NCBI GenBank assembly: GCA_046597605.1
Contig: JBKJKE010000008.1
Location: forward strand, 15,284-79,283
Direction of reading: 5' to 3'
From: Limisphaerales bacterium
GTDB lineage: Bacteria > Verrucomicrobiota > Verrucomicrobiia > Limisphaerales > JACDHS01
Length of the DNA stretch: 64,000 nucleotides
Shown here piece by piece: positions 10,901 through 18,974 of the stretch (position 1 is the stretch's first letter; the number at the start of each line of letters is the position of its first letter). Below the pieces are notes generated by a model. The model was given only the letters and a program-made list of their open reading frames with translations, ran no database searches and was not told the origin of the DNA. The position numbers and the translations under genes were made by a program.

Positions 10901-12666
10901 TGTTTTTCCAAATCGGTGGGCACTTCAACTTCTTTGCCTTCATCCATGTCGTACCCCTTGATCGGGCGTTGGGTGGAAAACGAATACAGCACGTGTTTAA
11001 TTGAAGCCGTGAACGGAGCTGGGTGAGTGCTTTTGCTTGAAGCATCGGTTTTAGTGCGGGTATGGAAAATAACTTTTCCAATGATATCAGTCGCCTGAAC
11101 AGCCTGATTGGCCTCACCGCTCCGCGCCACCTCCAGGACTCCTTGGGTCGGACCAGCACTGATCGCGCGCCCCAGCCACACCTGTCCGTTACGCCGAAAC
11201 GCCACGATATCTCGTTCTTCGAATTGTTTACTGAGCCGGTTTGCAATGACGTAACTACCCTTTGGAATTTCTGGATCGACTGCGTCCGTTTTGAGACGAA
11301 GGGGAGCAATCACCATCAGGAGCGCAACCGCGATCAAGGCTGCAAGTGGCAGTTCCCAGATCAACGATCTAATGTGGTTGATCCATCCATTGCGCATCCT
11401 GCGCCCGATCCTTGCAGCGATGCTGCTCTCTGGTGAAAGCGGGGCCTGCAACGGCCAGCCACCATTTGGATTTTTTTTGGCCATATGCCATGCCATCAGG
11501 CTCATCAGCCAGGCGAGAATACCGCAGGCAATCAACATCCCCAGACCCGCATTCCGATTATCGTCTCGCCAATGGACCAGCGCCGCCACGACTCCGATGG
11601 CGGCCATTGCGAAACTGATATTGCCCCAGAGGAGTTCCGGGTGAGCCACAACTCTCTTCTGGAAAGTTTGACTTGGGGTAGAAGAGACAGTTTCGACATC
11701 GGCCTTCAGGCCGCTTGCCTGGGCATAACGGCGTTCCGGAGTTTTCTCCAATGCCCGCAGAACGATCTCATCCAATCGAACATCGATATGCACCTTTTTG
11801 GAAGGAGCCTGTATCTGCTTGCCCGGCAGTTCGCCCGTGAGCATTTGGTAGAACACGACACCAAGTGCATAAATGTCGGCGCGGTGATCTACTTCGGTCG
11901 GACGATCCCGTTGTTCGGGTGCCATGTAGTGGGGCGTGCCCAGGACCCCAGTGACGCTTTGCTCTGATGCGGCACCTGAAGCGGACTCAGCCCCCATTTG
12001 TCCCACAATCTTTGCCACACCGAAATCGGCCACCTTCACGCGGCCTTGACGGTCGAGCAGGATGTTCTCCGGCTTAATGTCGCGATGGACAACTCCGTGG
12101 TCGTGAGCGTATTGCAACGCGTCGCAAATCTGGGGAACAATGGCGAGGGCTTCGCGTGCACTGATCCGCCCCCCGTTAAGTAACTGGCGGAGATTCACCC
12201 CATCAACAAACTCCATCAGGAAGAAGAAGAGTTCCTCGGTTTCACCAAACTCGTAAAGGGTGACGATCCCCGGATGGTTCAAGTTCGCGAGTGCTTGAGC
12301 CTCGCGGGTAAAGCGTGCTGCAAAAGTTATGTGGTCACCTATTCCAGGCGGAAGGATTTTTAACGCCACGAGACGTCCGAGTTTCTTCTGTCGGGCTTTG
12401 TAAACTGCACCCATTCCTCCGCGGCCGATGAGTTCAATAATTTCCAACTGCGGAAAACGAGCGGCGAGTTCCTCGGGAGCCGGTGGAACGAATGCGCCGG
12501 CTTCTGCCTGGGCAGCACATTCTTGTGAATCGGTAGGAAATCCCGCTTTGAGCAAGCATTCCTGGCAAAGGCCTTTGGGCGCAGTAGGCGTTAAAGCTTT
12601 TCCGCAGCTGGGGCATTGAGGCGTTGTATTCATTCTCTTACCCACTTCTTCGGGAAAGCCGGGCAA
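7966..12666 (-). CDS. Giant multidomain membrane Ser/Thr protein kinase (zinc ribbon, kinase, S26-like segment, SecD-P1-like segment, polytopic C-terminus)
   Basis: CPSCG..CQEC ribbon. The kinase core is nearly identical in motif order to the downstream kinase (GRGGMGAVYKA, HRDIKPENILL, DFGVAK, HYMAPEQ). TM helices. A LepB-like stretch (SYVIANRL..DIVAFRRNGQVWLGRA..IIGKVIF). A SecD head-like stretch (IAILFDNAVLTAPVVNSEIPMGRLQITG). The C-terminal ~400 aa are polytopic. The start may be ATG 12633 (MNTTPQCPSCG). Confidence 0.9.
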   Translation of the reverse strand: MPGFPEEVGKRMNTTPQCPSCGKALTPTAPKGLCQECLLKAGFPTDSQECAAQAEAGAFVPPAPEELAARFPQLEIIELIGRGGMGAVYKARQKKLGRLVALKILPPGIGDHITFAARFTREAQALANLNHPGIVTLYEFGETEELFFFLMEFVDGVNLRQLLNGGRISAREALAIVPQICDALQYAHDHGVVHRDIKPENILLDRQGRVKVADFGVAKIVGQMGAESASGAASEQSVTGVLGTPHYMAPEQRDRPTEVDHRADIYALGVVFYQMLTGELPGKQIQAPSKKVHIDVRLDEIVLRALEKTPERRYAQASGLKADVETVSSTPSQTFQKRVVAHPELLWGNISFAMAAIGVVAALVHWRDDNRNAGLGMLIACGILAWLMSLMAWHMAKKNPNGGWPLQAPLSPESSIAARIGRRMRNGWINHIRSLIWELPLAALIAVALLMVIAPLRLKTDAVDPEIPKGSYVIANRLSKQFEERDIVAFRRNGQVWLGRAISAGPTQGVLEVARSGEANQAVQATDIIGKVIFHTRTKTDASSKSTHPAPFTASIKHVLYSFSTQRPIKGYDMDEGKEVEVPTDLEKQGEDVLIQWSAEHGIDLLAFSHKKQWDLWTPLKLASITGVEWEKVTVEDIDSALNDGTNHLTLADPSVKHGFRSYKITGLSSPELFAFRTVSGNRGLLQIGGFSESPAGVKVQYKLVNQAANKNIAERRSLYPTVTLTLAWDGSQVSYPDPKSFLADVRRMPEYQTWLKTKDEHTFIQTNAVGYRFHARFLGMGINSESGPQELVLGVDLFRPDGSLLASTPLGTGNPQRWDTRVYDATGTTVIVRLQWKKGSDPTEDFVEQVVHNPGTAEEAMWFANRFGVVYSDARERRYPEYKDAPYKPASDREQISRDKVPPGKTEIPNRQRLQFRLVAEQSDKGILEEFSDPRTATHKLRLRPQMLMDETSVAAAFLTKNQVTERPEIELILTETGKDLFAQITREHINQQIAILFDNAVLTAPVVNSEIPMGRLQITGDLAQQLSDQILFHLNRVIVEDEDSDSTLPGFGPIRTATVNAESARDDGYDLDTGRMASPPDFTVTNQTKTLERIRHEQSQWLKSGIDLLPDLSMEAPRLVALCRSVIATPTASWTNLPSYLVRQQLTLEKADTMSLIGTGQFPATYLFKTAQTNYGILQILGLSAQPRGIVFRYKLAELEANKAAINSDGIRPNQPTATEAPTVSNRPKPNSIVAALATFLGLMMGAIWICRSDSRFACSSDQRAHPRLSRSAILGAAWAFCFLLTVVLWSPFGLSAAIDLRRSLGHDLVNGILLSLTIVGVSAVLGTTLLGFIALSQIRHSRGHLSGLPLALFGSLLFPLLTLDALLVAIATAFKVGPIEAMLVMLPLNVFLIRKICSSLTRAQDPVADNTAPLRRHHWAGIAIIVSGFVVVLGSVYVATMIDRAEKTRARFEHEFAGELSRLLADSRISYASMSIQYSPVLPRALATFRSLRDLSSGEPRPIDGQLHINFDNAPACVVSGREGLKHINHTLSNPASAQVSWPRRVGNTEGEQFVTTSPAVEK

Positions 12667-12691
12667 AGGTTACATACGCGTTTCGAAATTG

Positions 12692-13447
12692 TCATTTCCC
12701 CGCGACTACTCCCATCAGATAGCGCAATTCTTCCTTCACTTCTTCCGGGGTCGCAACGGTATTGGCTATCTCGGATTCAAGCAGCTCGCGATAACGTTTC
12801 CGCAAACGGTGGACCGCAGTTTTTACAGCGCCTTCGCTTAAACCGAGTTCGGAGGCCAACGCCGCATAAGGCTGAGATTCTCTTGAACCAGTAAGCGTTT
12901 GCTTCAAGACGACGAATTGGCGCCTCTTTTCTTCGCCGCGGAATTCACCCTCCAGTCGATTTAATACTTTATCCAACAACGCAGTCGCCCATTCACGGTC
13001 GAAGGCTCTATCCACATTCGTCGGATCAGCAGGTTCGAGATCAAAACGTTCTTCGGCCATTGCCAGATCCAGCGAAAGAATTTGTCGGCCACCGCCGCGT
13101 TTTTGCGTCTGCAATTTTGCCCATTCGTCAGCGAGGAAATGGTTCATGGCACCAAGCATGTAGGAACGAAAGCGTCCACGGTCCCGATCCACATTGGCAA
13201 GTGATTGTCGCTCCAGGAGGCACGCAAAGAACGATTGCGTCAGATCCTGCGCATCATGCGGGGAATAGCCACGTCGGCGAACGTAGGCATACAGCGGATA
13301 CCAATAGGTTTGGCACAATTTCTCCAGGGCCATCCCCGCACGGATGGTGTCGGTTCGCCCCGCCGCCAGGACAACGCTCCAGTGCGTCGTCGCAAAATAG
13401 CATTGAGTGCCCGCAGGTTGCCCTGAGGAAATGACGCGGGTGGCCAT
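12692..13447 (-). CDS. ECF-type RNA polymerase sigma-70 family factor
   Basis: N-terminal TTHWSVVLAA..LEKLCQTYWYPLYAYVRRRGYSPHDAQDLTQSFF (region 2). C-terminal YAALASELGLSEGAVKTAVHRLRKRYRELL (region 4 HTH). Lies 25 bp upstream of the kinase gene on the same strand, with no anti-sigma gene. Confidence 0.85.
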   Translation of the reverse strand: MATRVISSGQPAGTQCYFATTHWSVVLAAGRTDTIRAGMALEKLCQTYWYPLYAYVRRRGYSPHDAQDLTQSFFACLLERQSLANVDRDRGRFRSYMLGAMNHFLADEWAKLQTQKRGGGRQILSLDLAMAEERFDLEPADPTNVDRAFDREWATALLDKVLNRLEGEFRGEEKRRQFVVLKQTLTGSRESQPYAALASELGLSEGAVKTAVHRLRKRYRELLESEIANTVATPEEVKEELRYLMGVVAGK

Positions 13448-13582
13448 GTCTTAGTCTTACGTTTTGTCCGAGTGAAACCAAATCGAAAAGGCATTGTCGC
13501 CCACCGTTCTATCTACTACATCGGGAAAAGCAGATGGAGGTTACAATAAAATTTGTGGCAGGCGTAAATCTGATCCCACAGG

Positions 13583-14656
13583 GTGAAAGAGTTCTCCGTT
13601 GATTGGCCAGCGCGTGGCAGTTATACCAGAGGAATCGGAACATCAGCTCATGTTCCCAGGAAGATGCCTGCTCTTACTGAACTGAATGTCGTCCTTCTGG
13701 TCTTTAATCGACCGGAATTAACGGAGCGCGTTTTGGAACGGGTTCGCGACGCTCGACCGACCACTCTTCTGGTAGTTGCAGACGGACCACGCCCCGATCA
13801 TCCGGACGACATTCAAAAGTGCGCAAAGGTTCGACAGCTCATTTCAAGTCGACTGGATTGGGATGTGAGATTGTTGACCAATTATGCTGAGGCTAACATG
13901 GGTCTGCGACAGAGGGTTTCCAGCGGATTGACCTGGGTCTTCGAAAATGTGGAGCGAGCGATCATCCTCGAGGACGATTGTGTGCCCGAGCCCTCTTTCT
14001 TTCCTTTTTGTGCGGAATTGCTCGAACGTTACGCTGACGATACCCGGATCGGCGCGGTCACTGGTGACAACTATCAGCTACCTTCATTTACCTGCGAGGA
14101 AAGCTATTACTTCTCTAAATATCCGCACTGCTGGGGTTGGGCGACCTGGCGACGGGCCTGGAAACATTTTGATCGGGATATGGAACGTTGGCCTGCCTTG
14201 AAGGAGAGTGGTTTCCTCCGAAATCTATTCGATGAGCACCATGCGCTCTTCTGGGAGACGAAACTGGACCGCGTGTATCGTCGGGAAATCAATTCATGGG
14301 CATTCCCCTGGACCTTTTCTTTTTGGTCGCAAAACATGCTTTCGATCATCCCCAAAGCAAACCTCGTCACGAATGTTGGGTTCGGTGAGGCGGGAACGAA
14401 TACTAAAAGAGTCGGCAGTTTGATGTCTGAGCTTCCAACCTATCCGATGGAATTCCCGCTCCGACATCCCCAAAACGTTGTCATCAATTACCCGGCAGAT
14501 TCCTTCACCCAGGGACATATTTATAATCGGAAGCCGCCAACTCCACCTGCCCCTGTTCCAGTCGCACCCAGTGCACCGACAGTTCCTGTTCCCCCGGCTG
14601 CTTCTGAGAATGAAAGTTGGTTGAAACAGCTTTTCGGCAAAACTAGCCCAAAGTAA
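13583..14656 (+). CDS. GT2-like (HlpA/GNT-I-like) glycosyltransferase with Pro-rich C-terminal tail
   Basis: LNVVLLVFNRPELTERVLE..LLVVADGPRPD..AIILEDDCVPEPSFF..YPHCWGWATWRRAW. 13583 is GTG; ATG 13664 (MPALTELNVV) is the more likely start. Confidence 0.65.
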   Translation: MKEFSVDWPARGSYTRGIGTSAHVPRKMPALTELNVVLLVFNRPELTERVLERVRDARPTTLLVVADGPRPDHPDDIQKCAKVRQLISSRLDWDVRLLTNYAEANMGLRQRVSSGLTWVFENVERAIILEDDCVPEPSFFPFCAELLERYADDTRIGAVTGDNYQLPSFTCEESYYFSKYPHCWGWATWRRAWKHFDRDMERWPALKESGFLRNLFDEHHALFWETKLDRVYRREINSWAFPWTFSFWSQNMLSIIPKANLVTNVGFGEAGTNTKRVGSLMSELPTYPMEFPLRHPQNVVINYPADSFTQGHIYNRKPPTPPAPVPVAPSAPTVPVPPAASENESWLKQLFGKTSPK

Positions 14657-14659
14657 CGG

Positions 14660-14975
14660 GGTCGATTCTTTGTGAAGTAAACCCCACAATGCGCGTATTA
14701 CGCTATCGATTCGTTTCGAAGTGACCCCACAATACGGGTATTACGGTGTCGAATCGTTTCGAAGTGACCCCACAATACGGGTATTGCGGTATCGATTCAT
14801 TTCAAAGTGATCCCACAATACGGGTATTGCGGTATCGAATCGTTTCAAAGTGACCCCACAATACGAGTATTGTGGTATCGAATCGTTTCGAAGGGACCCC
14901 ACAATATGGGTATTGCGGTATTGAATCGTTTCGATGTGACCCCACAATACGCAGAGTACCGGGGTTGATTCACCC
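14660..14975. repeat. Tandem array 2: 7 copies of a 43-bp double-hairpin unit
   Basis: CCCACAAT anchors at 14683, 14726, 14769, 14812, 14855, 14898 and 14941, exactly 43 bp apart. Unit palindrome CCACAATAC-GR-GTATTGYGG (perfect at 14856-14875), plus TCGAA-TCGT-TTCGA. Confidence 0.95.
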
Positions 14976-15036
14976 ATGAACGGCCTTGTTCCAGCATTGA
15001 CAATGCGGTTTCAACCGTGACAAGTAACGCCGGTTT

Positions 15037-15780
15037 ATGAGTCAACTCGCCAATCAAGTTGCTGTTGTGACAGGTGCCGGACGTGGAATCGGCCGGGCTA
15101 TCGCGTTAAAGTTCGCGCAGGAAGGTGCGGACGTCGTATGCGTTTCCCGCACCGTTGAGAATTCCGAAAAAGTGGCTGCCGAAATCCGCGCCCTTGGTCG
15201 CAAAGCATGGGCTTTTGCGGTGGATGTCTCGGATGCAGCCGCAGTGGCCGCCGCGGGCGAAAAGATTCTGACTGAGGCGGGCCGGGTGGATATCCTGGTG
15301 AACAACGCCGGCGTGACCAAAGATGGATTGCTCATGCGAATGAGTGAGGCTGACTGGGATGTGGTCTTGAACACCAACCTCAAGGGAGCCTTTTCCTTCA
15401 CCAAGGCCTTTACCCGCGCTTTTGCCAAACAGCGTTCGGGACGTATCATCAATATCAGTTCAGTCATTGGTTTGATGGGCAATGCGGGTCAATGCAATTA
15501 TGCGGCGAGTAAGGCTGGTTTGATTGGATTCACCAAATCGATTGCCCGTGAACTGGCTTCCCGTGGCGTGACTTGCAATGCCATTGCTCCCGGGTTTATT
15601 GAGACCGACATGACCAGTGTCTTGAATGAAGAGATGCGTAATGGTTTACTGAAACAGATCCCTTTGAACTCTTTCGGTAACGCTGAGGACATCGCTAATG
15701 CGACGCTCTTTCTCGCTACTTCAGGGGCACGCTATATCACTGGACAGGTGCTGACAGTGGATGGTGGAATGGTAATGTGA
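15037..15780 (+). CDS. fabG: 3-oxoacyl-[ACP] reductase
   Basis: SDR motifs TGAGRGIGRAIA, NNAG, and the S-x12-Y-x3-K triad (SSVIG..YAASKAG). Full-length FabG-like protein directly upstream of acpP-fabF. Confidence 0.95.
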   Translation: MSQLANQVAVVTGAGRGIGRAIALKFAQEGADVVCVSRTVENSEKVAAEIRALGRKAWAFAVDVSDAAAVAAAGEKILTEAGRVDILVNNAGVTKDGLLMRMSEADWDVVLNTNLKGAFSFTKAFTRAFAKQRSGRIINISSVIGLMGNAGQCNYAASKAGLIGFTKSIARELASRGVTCNAIAPGFIETDMTSVLNEEMRNGLLKQIPLNSFGNAEDIANATLFLATSGARYITGQVLTVDGGMVM

Positions 15781-15989
15781 CCTCGCATTTCGACACACGG
15801 ATCCAGATAAGTCGGCAAGGCTGTGGAAATTCCCTCTCGACACGCCAGAGGGTTGTCGTTAGGGATGGATGGGCGGAGCGAAGTGAGTTGCGCTCCAAAA
15901 TAAATTTTCAGTAGAAAAAAATTACAGAAACAGAACTTGACGCCTCGTTCTTACGTGGCATAGAGACAACCAACAAAACGGAGAAACCC

Positions 15990-16235
15990 ATGGCAGAAAA
16001 AACAATTGAACAGAGAGTAAAAGATATCATCGTCGAGCAACTCGGCGTGAATCCTGATCAGGTCACCCCTGACGCAAAATTTATTGAAGACCTCGGTGCT
16101 GACTCCCTCGACACCGTGGAATTGGTCATGGCTCTGGAAGAAGAATTCGGCAACGAAATTCCTGACGAACAGGCCGAGAAACTGCAGAGCGTCGGCGATG
16201 TCATCAAATTCATCGAAGACCAGCAGTCTAAGTAA
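15990..16235 (+). CDS. acpP: Acyl carrier protein
   Basis: 81 aa with the phosphopantetheine site [24 protein letters not shown] Shine-Dalgarno about 8 nt upstream of the ATG. Confidence 0.97.
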   Translation: MAEKTIEQRVKDIIVEQLGVNPDQVTPDAKFIEDLGADSLDTVELVMALEEEFGNEIPDEQAEKLQSVGDVIKFIEDQQSK

Positions 16236-16252
16236 CGGAAGAGATAATTTGC

Positions 16253-16292
16253 GGGGCAGCAAGCTTTCGTGCATGCTGCCCCTTTAGTTTTT
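16253..16292 (+). terminator. Hairpin plus T-run between acpP and fabF (attenuator or partial terminator)
   Basis: GGGGCAGCA-12 nt-TGCTGCCCC followed by tttagttttt. It ends immediately before ATG 16293. Confidence 0.6.
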
Positions 16293-17552
16293 ATGGCAAG
16301 TAACTGGACAGAACGTCGCGTCGTTATCACTGGCTTGGGATTGGTCGGCCCGCTTGGGTCCGACGTGGAAACTTTTTGGAAGAACGTTGTTTGTGGCCAA
16401 TGCGGTATCGACAGGATCTCACACTTTGATGCTTCGCAGTTCGACTGCCAAATCGCCGCGGAAGTCCGCGGTTTCGATCCGACCCCTGCTTTCCCTTCGC
16501 CAAAAGAGATCCGACGCACAGACCGTTTTGCCCAGCTGGGAGTCCATGCTGGTTGGCAGGCTTTGCTCGATTCCGGTCTGGACCTGGAAAAAGTGAACCG
16601 GGACGAGATTGGTTGCTTTATTGGCTCCGGGATCGGCGGGCTGCAAACCACCGAAGAACAACACAAAGTTTACCTGCAAAAGGGTCCGGGACGCATTTCG
16701 CCCTTCATGATTCCGATGCTCATTCTGAACATGGCTTCCGGCCTGTTCTCAATGTATTACAAACTGCGCGGTCCGAACGTTTCAACCTGCTCCGCTTGCG
16801 CAACTTCCACTCATGCAATCGGTGAAGCCTGGCGGACCATCAAGATGGGCGATGCCTCGGTCATGTTCGCCGGAGGCAGTGAAGCGACGATTGTTCCCCT
16901 CGGCATCGGTGGTTTCTGCGCGATGCGCGCGATGAGCACCCGCAATGACGAACCCAAAAAGGCCTCGCGTCCTTTCGATGTCGGTCGTGACGGTTTCGTG
17001 ATGGGAGAAGGAGCCGGAGTCCTGGTTCTCGAAGAGCTGGAACACGCCAAAGCGCGTGGTGCTAGAATTTATTGCGAATTGCTCGGATACGGAAATACCG
17101 CAGACGCAAACCACATGACCGCACCCTCTCCCGAAGGAGAAGGCGCCGCGCGTTGTATGAAGATGGCACTGCGCAATGCTGGGTTGAATCCTACTGATGT
17201 TTCCTACATCAACGCGCACGGAACATCTACGCCCCAGGGTGACATTGCGGAAACCCAGGCGATCAAAACGGTTTTCGGCGATCACGCTCGCAAGCTTGCG
17301 GTCAGCTCGACCAAAGGTGCCACGGGTCACATGCTGGGCGCGGCTGGCGCGGCCGAGATGGTGCTCTGTGTTAAAGCAATTCAGCAGCAGATCGCCCCGC
17401 CTACGATCAACCTCGATAATCCAGATCCGCTCTGCGATCTCGACTATGTGCCACACACGGCACGTGAAATGAAGATCGATGCCGTGGTGAATAACTCGTT
17501 CGGATTCGGTGGCCACAATGCCACGATCGTCGCCCGAAAATTTGTTGGTTAA
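16293..17552 (+). CDS. fabF: Beta-ketoacyl-[ACP] synthase II
   Basis: RVVITGLG, active-site [41 protein letters not shown]. The track start at 16269 lies inside the upstream hairpin, so ATG 16293 (MASNW) is preferred. Confidence 0.95.
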   Translation: MASNWTERRVVITGLGLVGPLGSDVETFWKNVVCGQCGIDRISHFDASQFDCQIAAEVRGFDPTPAFPSPKEIRRTDRFAQLGVHAGWQALLDSGLDLEKVNRDEIGCFIGSGIGGLQTTEEQHKVYLQKGPGRISPFMIPMLILNMASGLFSMYYKLRGPNVSTCSACATSTHAIGEAWRTIKMGDASVMFAGGSEATIVPLGIGGFCAMRAMSTRNDEPKKASRPFDVGRDGFVMGEGAGVLVLEELEHAKARGARIYCELLGYGNTADANHMTAPSPEGEGAARCMKMALRNAGLNPTDVSYINAHGTSTPQGDIAETQAIKTVFGDHARKLAVSSTKGATGHMLGAAGAAEMVLCVKAIQQQIAPPTINLDNPDPLCDLDYVPHTAREMKIDAVVNNSFGFGGHNATIVARKFVG

Positions 17553-17613
17553 CGTCCCCACTCGCTCCCGTCGTGTCCGTGGACTGCGACCCGGTCGAGC
17601 CTGCGACAGGAGT

Positions 17614-18879
17614 ATGAACTTTCTATCCTTCATCGAGGCGAAGCGCGAAGGGCAAGCGCTCTCGCCCGAGCAGATTCGTTGGTTCGTTTCCGAATACACC
17701 GCCAGGCGCATTCCCGACTACCAGATGGCGGCAATGCTCATGGCCATCTATTTTAAAGGGATGGTCACGAACGAGACCGCTGCGCTCACCACCGCTATGC
17801 GCGATTCGGGGGACGTTCTGTCCTTCCCCAAAGAATCACGGCCCGTTGTGGATAAACATTCCACCGGTGGAGTTGGAGACAAAGTTTCCCTACCGCTCGC
17901 ACCCCTTTTAGCGTGTCTTGGTTTTCGCGTACCGATGATTTCGGGGCGAGGTCTGGGAATTACGGGAGGGACACTCGATAAGCTGGAGTCAATCCCAGGA
18001 TTTCGAACGGCGCTTACGTTCGAACATATTACTGAGCAGGTTCAAAAAATCGGATGTGTGATCTGTGCTCAGACAGAGAAAATGGTTCCTGCTGACAAAG
18101 CGCTTTATGCATTGAGAGATGTGACCGGGACGGTGCCGTCGATTCCTTTGATCACAGCTTCCATATTATCAAAAAAGTTAGCGGAAGGATTGGACGCACT
18201 GATCCTGGATGTGAAATTTGGGTCCGCTGCATTTATGCAAACCCGGGAACAGGCGCAGCAGTTGGCAGATGCGATGGTTTCGCTCGGAAATGCCTGTGGG
18301 GTCAATACCCGGGCATTCTTGAATGACATGAACACTCCGTTGGGGCGCACTGCGGGAAACTGGCTGGAGATCAAAGAATCGGTGGAATGCCTCGAGGAAC
18401 GTGGCCCCGCCGATTTGCGGCGGTTGGTCGTGGAATGTGCCGCCCATCTCCTGGAGCAAACGGGGCGAAGCACCTCTTTTACCGAAGGGGAGAACATCGC
18501 AAGCCAGATGCTGGCTTCAGGCGCGCCCCGTCGCAAATGGAACGAGATGCTCGCGGCCCAGGGTTCTGACCTGGACGCTTTTTCGCGCAAGCTTGCGCTT
18601 CCGGTCAGCGCGCGATTCGTAAAGGAACTGAAGGCAAGCTGTAGCGGAGTCATCCAGAAGTGTGATGCACGCATCTTCGGCGAAATTGTCCGAGATCTCG
18701 GGGGCGGTCGGGTCACCCGGGAAAGCGTTATCGATTTCAACGTGGGAATGGACGAGATTGCCAAACCGGGAGATAAGGTTGTGGCAGGAGAGATACTCGC
18801 ACGAATCCACGCGTCTGACGAGCAATCGGCTGAATCGGGACTGCGACAACTGGCAAAGGCTTTTCACATCGCTCAGTAG
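17614..18879 (+). CDS. deoA: Thymidine / pyrimidine-nucleoside phosphorylase
   Basis: MNFLSFIEAKREG..IPDYQMAAMLMAIYFKGM..DKHSTGGVGDKVSLPLAP..SGRGLGITGGTLDKLESIPG. The track start at 17509 overlaps fabF; ATG 17614 fits the family N-terminus. Confidence 0.92.
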   Translation: MNFLSFIEAKREGQALSPEQIRWFVSEYTARRIPDYQMAAMLMAIYFKGMVTNETAALTTAMRDSGDVLSFPKESRPVVDKHSTGGVGDKVSLPLAPLLACLGFRVPMISGRGLGITGGTLDKLESIPGFRTALTFEHITEQVQKIGCVICAQTEKMVPADKALYALRDVTGTVPSIPLITASILSKKLAEGLDALILDVKFGSAAFMQTREQAQQLADAMVSLGNACGVNTRAFLNDMNTPLGRTAGNWLEIKESVECLEERGPADLRRLVVECAAHLLEQTGRSTSFTEGENIASQMLASGAPRRKWNEMLAAQGSDLDAFSRKLALPVSARFVKELKASCSGVIQKCDARIFGEIVRDLGGGRVTRESVIDFNVGMDEIAKPGDKVVAGEILARIHASDEQSAESGLRQLAKAFHIAQ

Positions 18880-18974
18880 CATCTTTTCCCTGTTGCGGAG
18901 GCCGGTAAAAAGGCCCTTTCCAGTGGCTCGTTTCGTGATACATTTCTGGCGACCACTGACAGCCTAAATCAACA

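Noticed and set aside
14741-15057. Track ORFs 14741..14977 and 14845..15057 (minus strand)
   Set aside because: They are translations of array 2 (repeating ..VGSLRNDS.PQY..) and are not credible coding sequence.
16782-17711. 309-aa minus-strand ORF antisense to fabF
   Set aside because: It is a shadow ORF opposite a strongly supported gene. Its translation is low-complexity and Arg/Gly-rich with no motifs.
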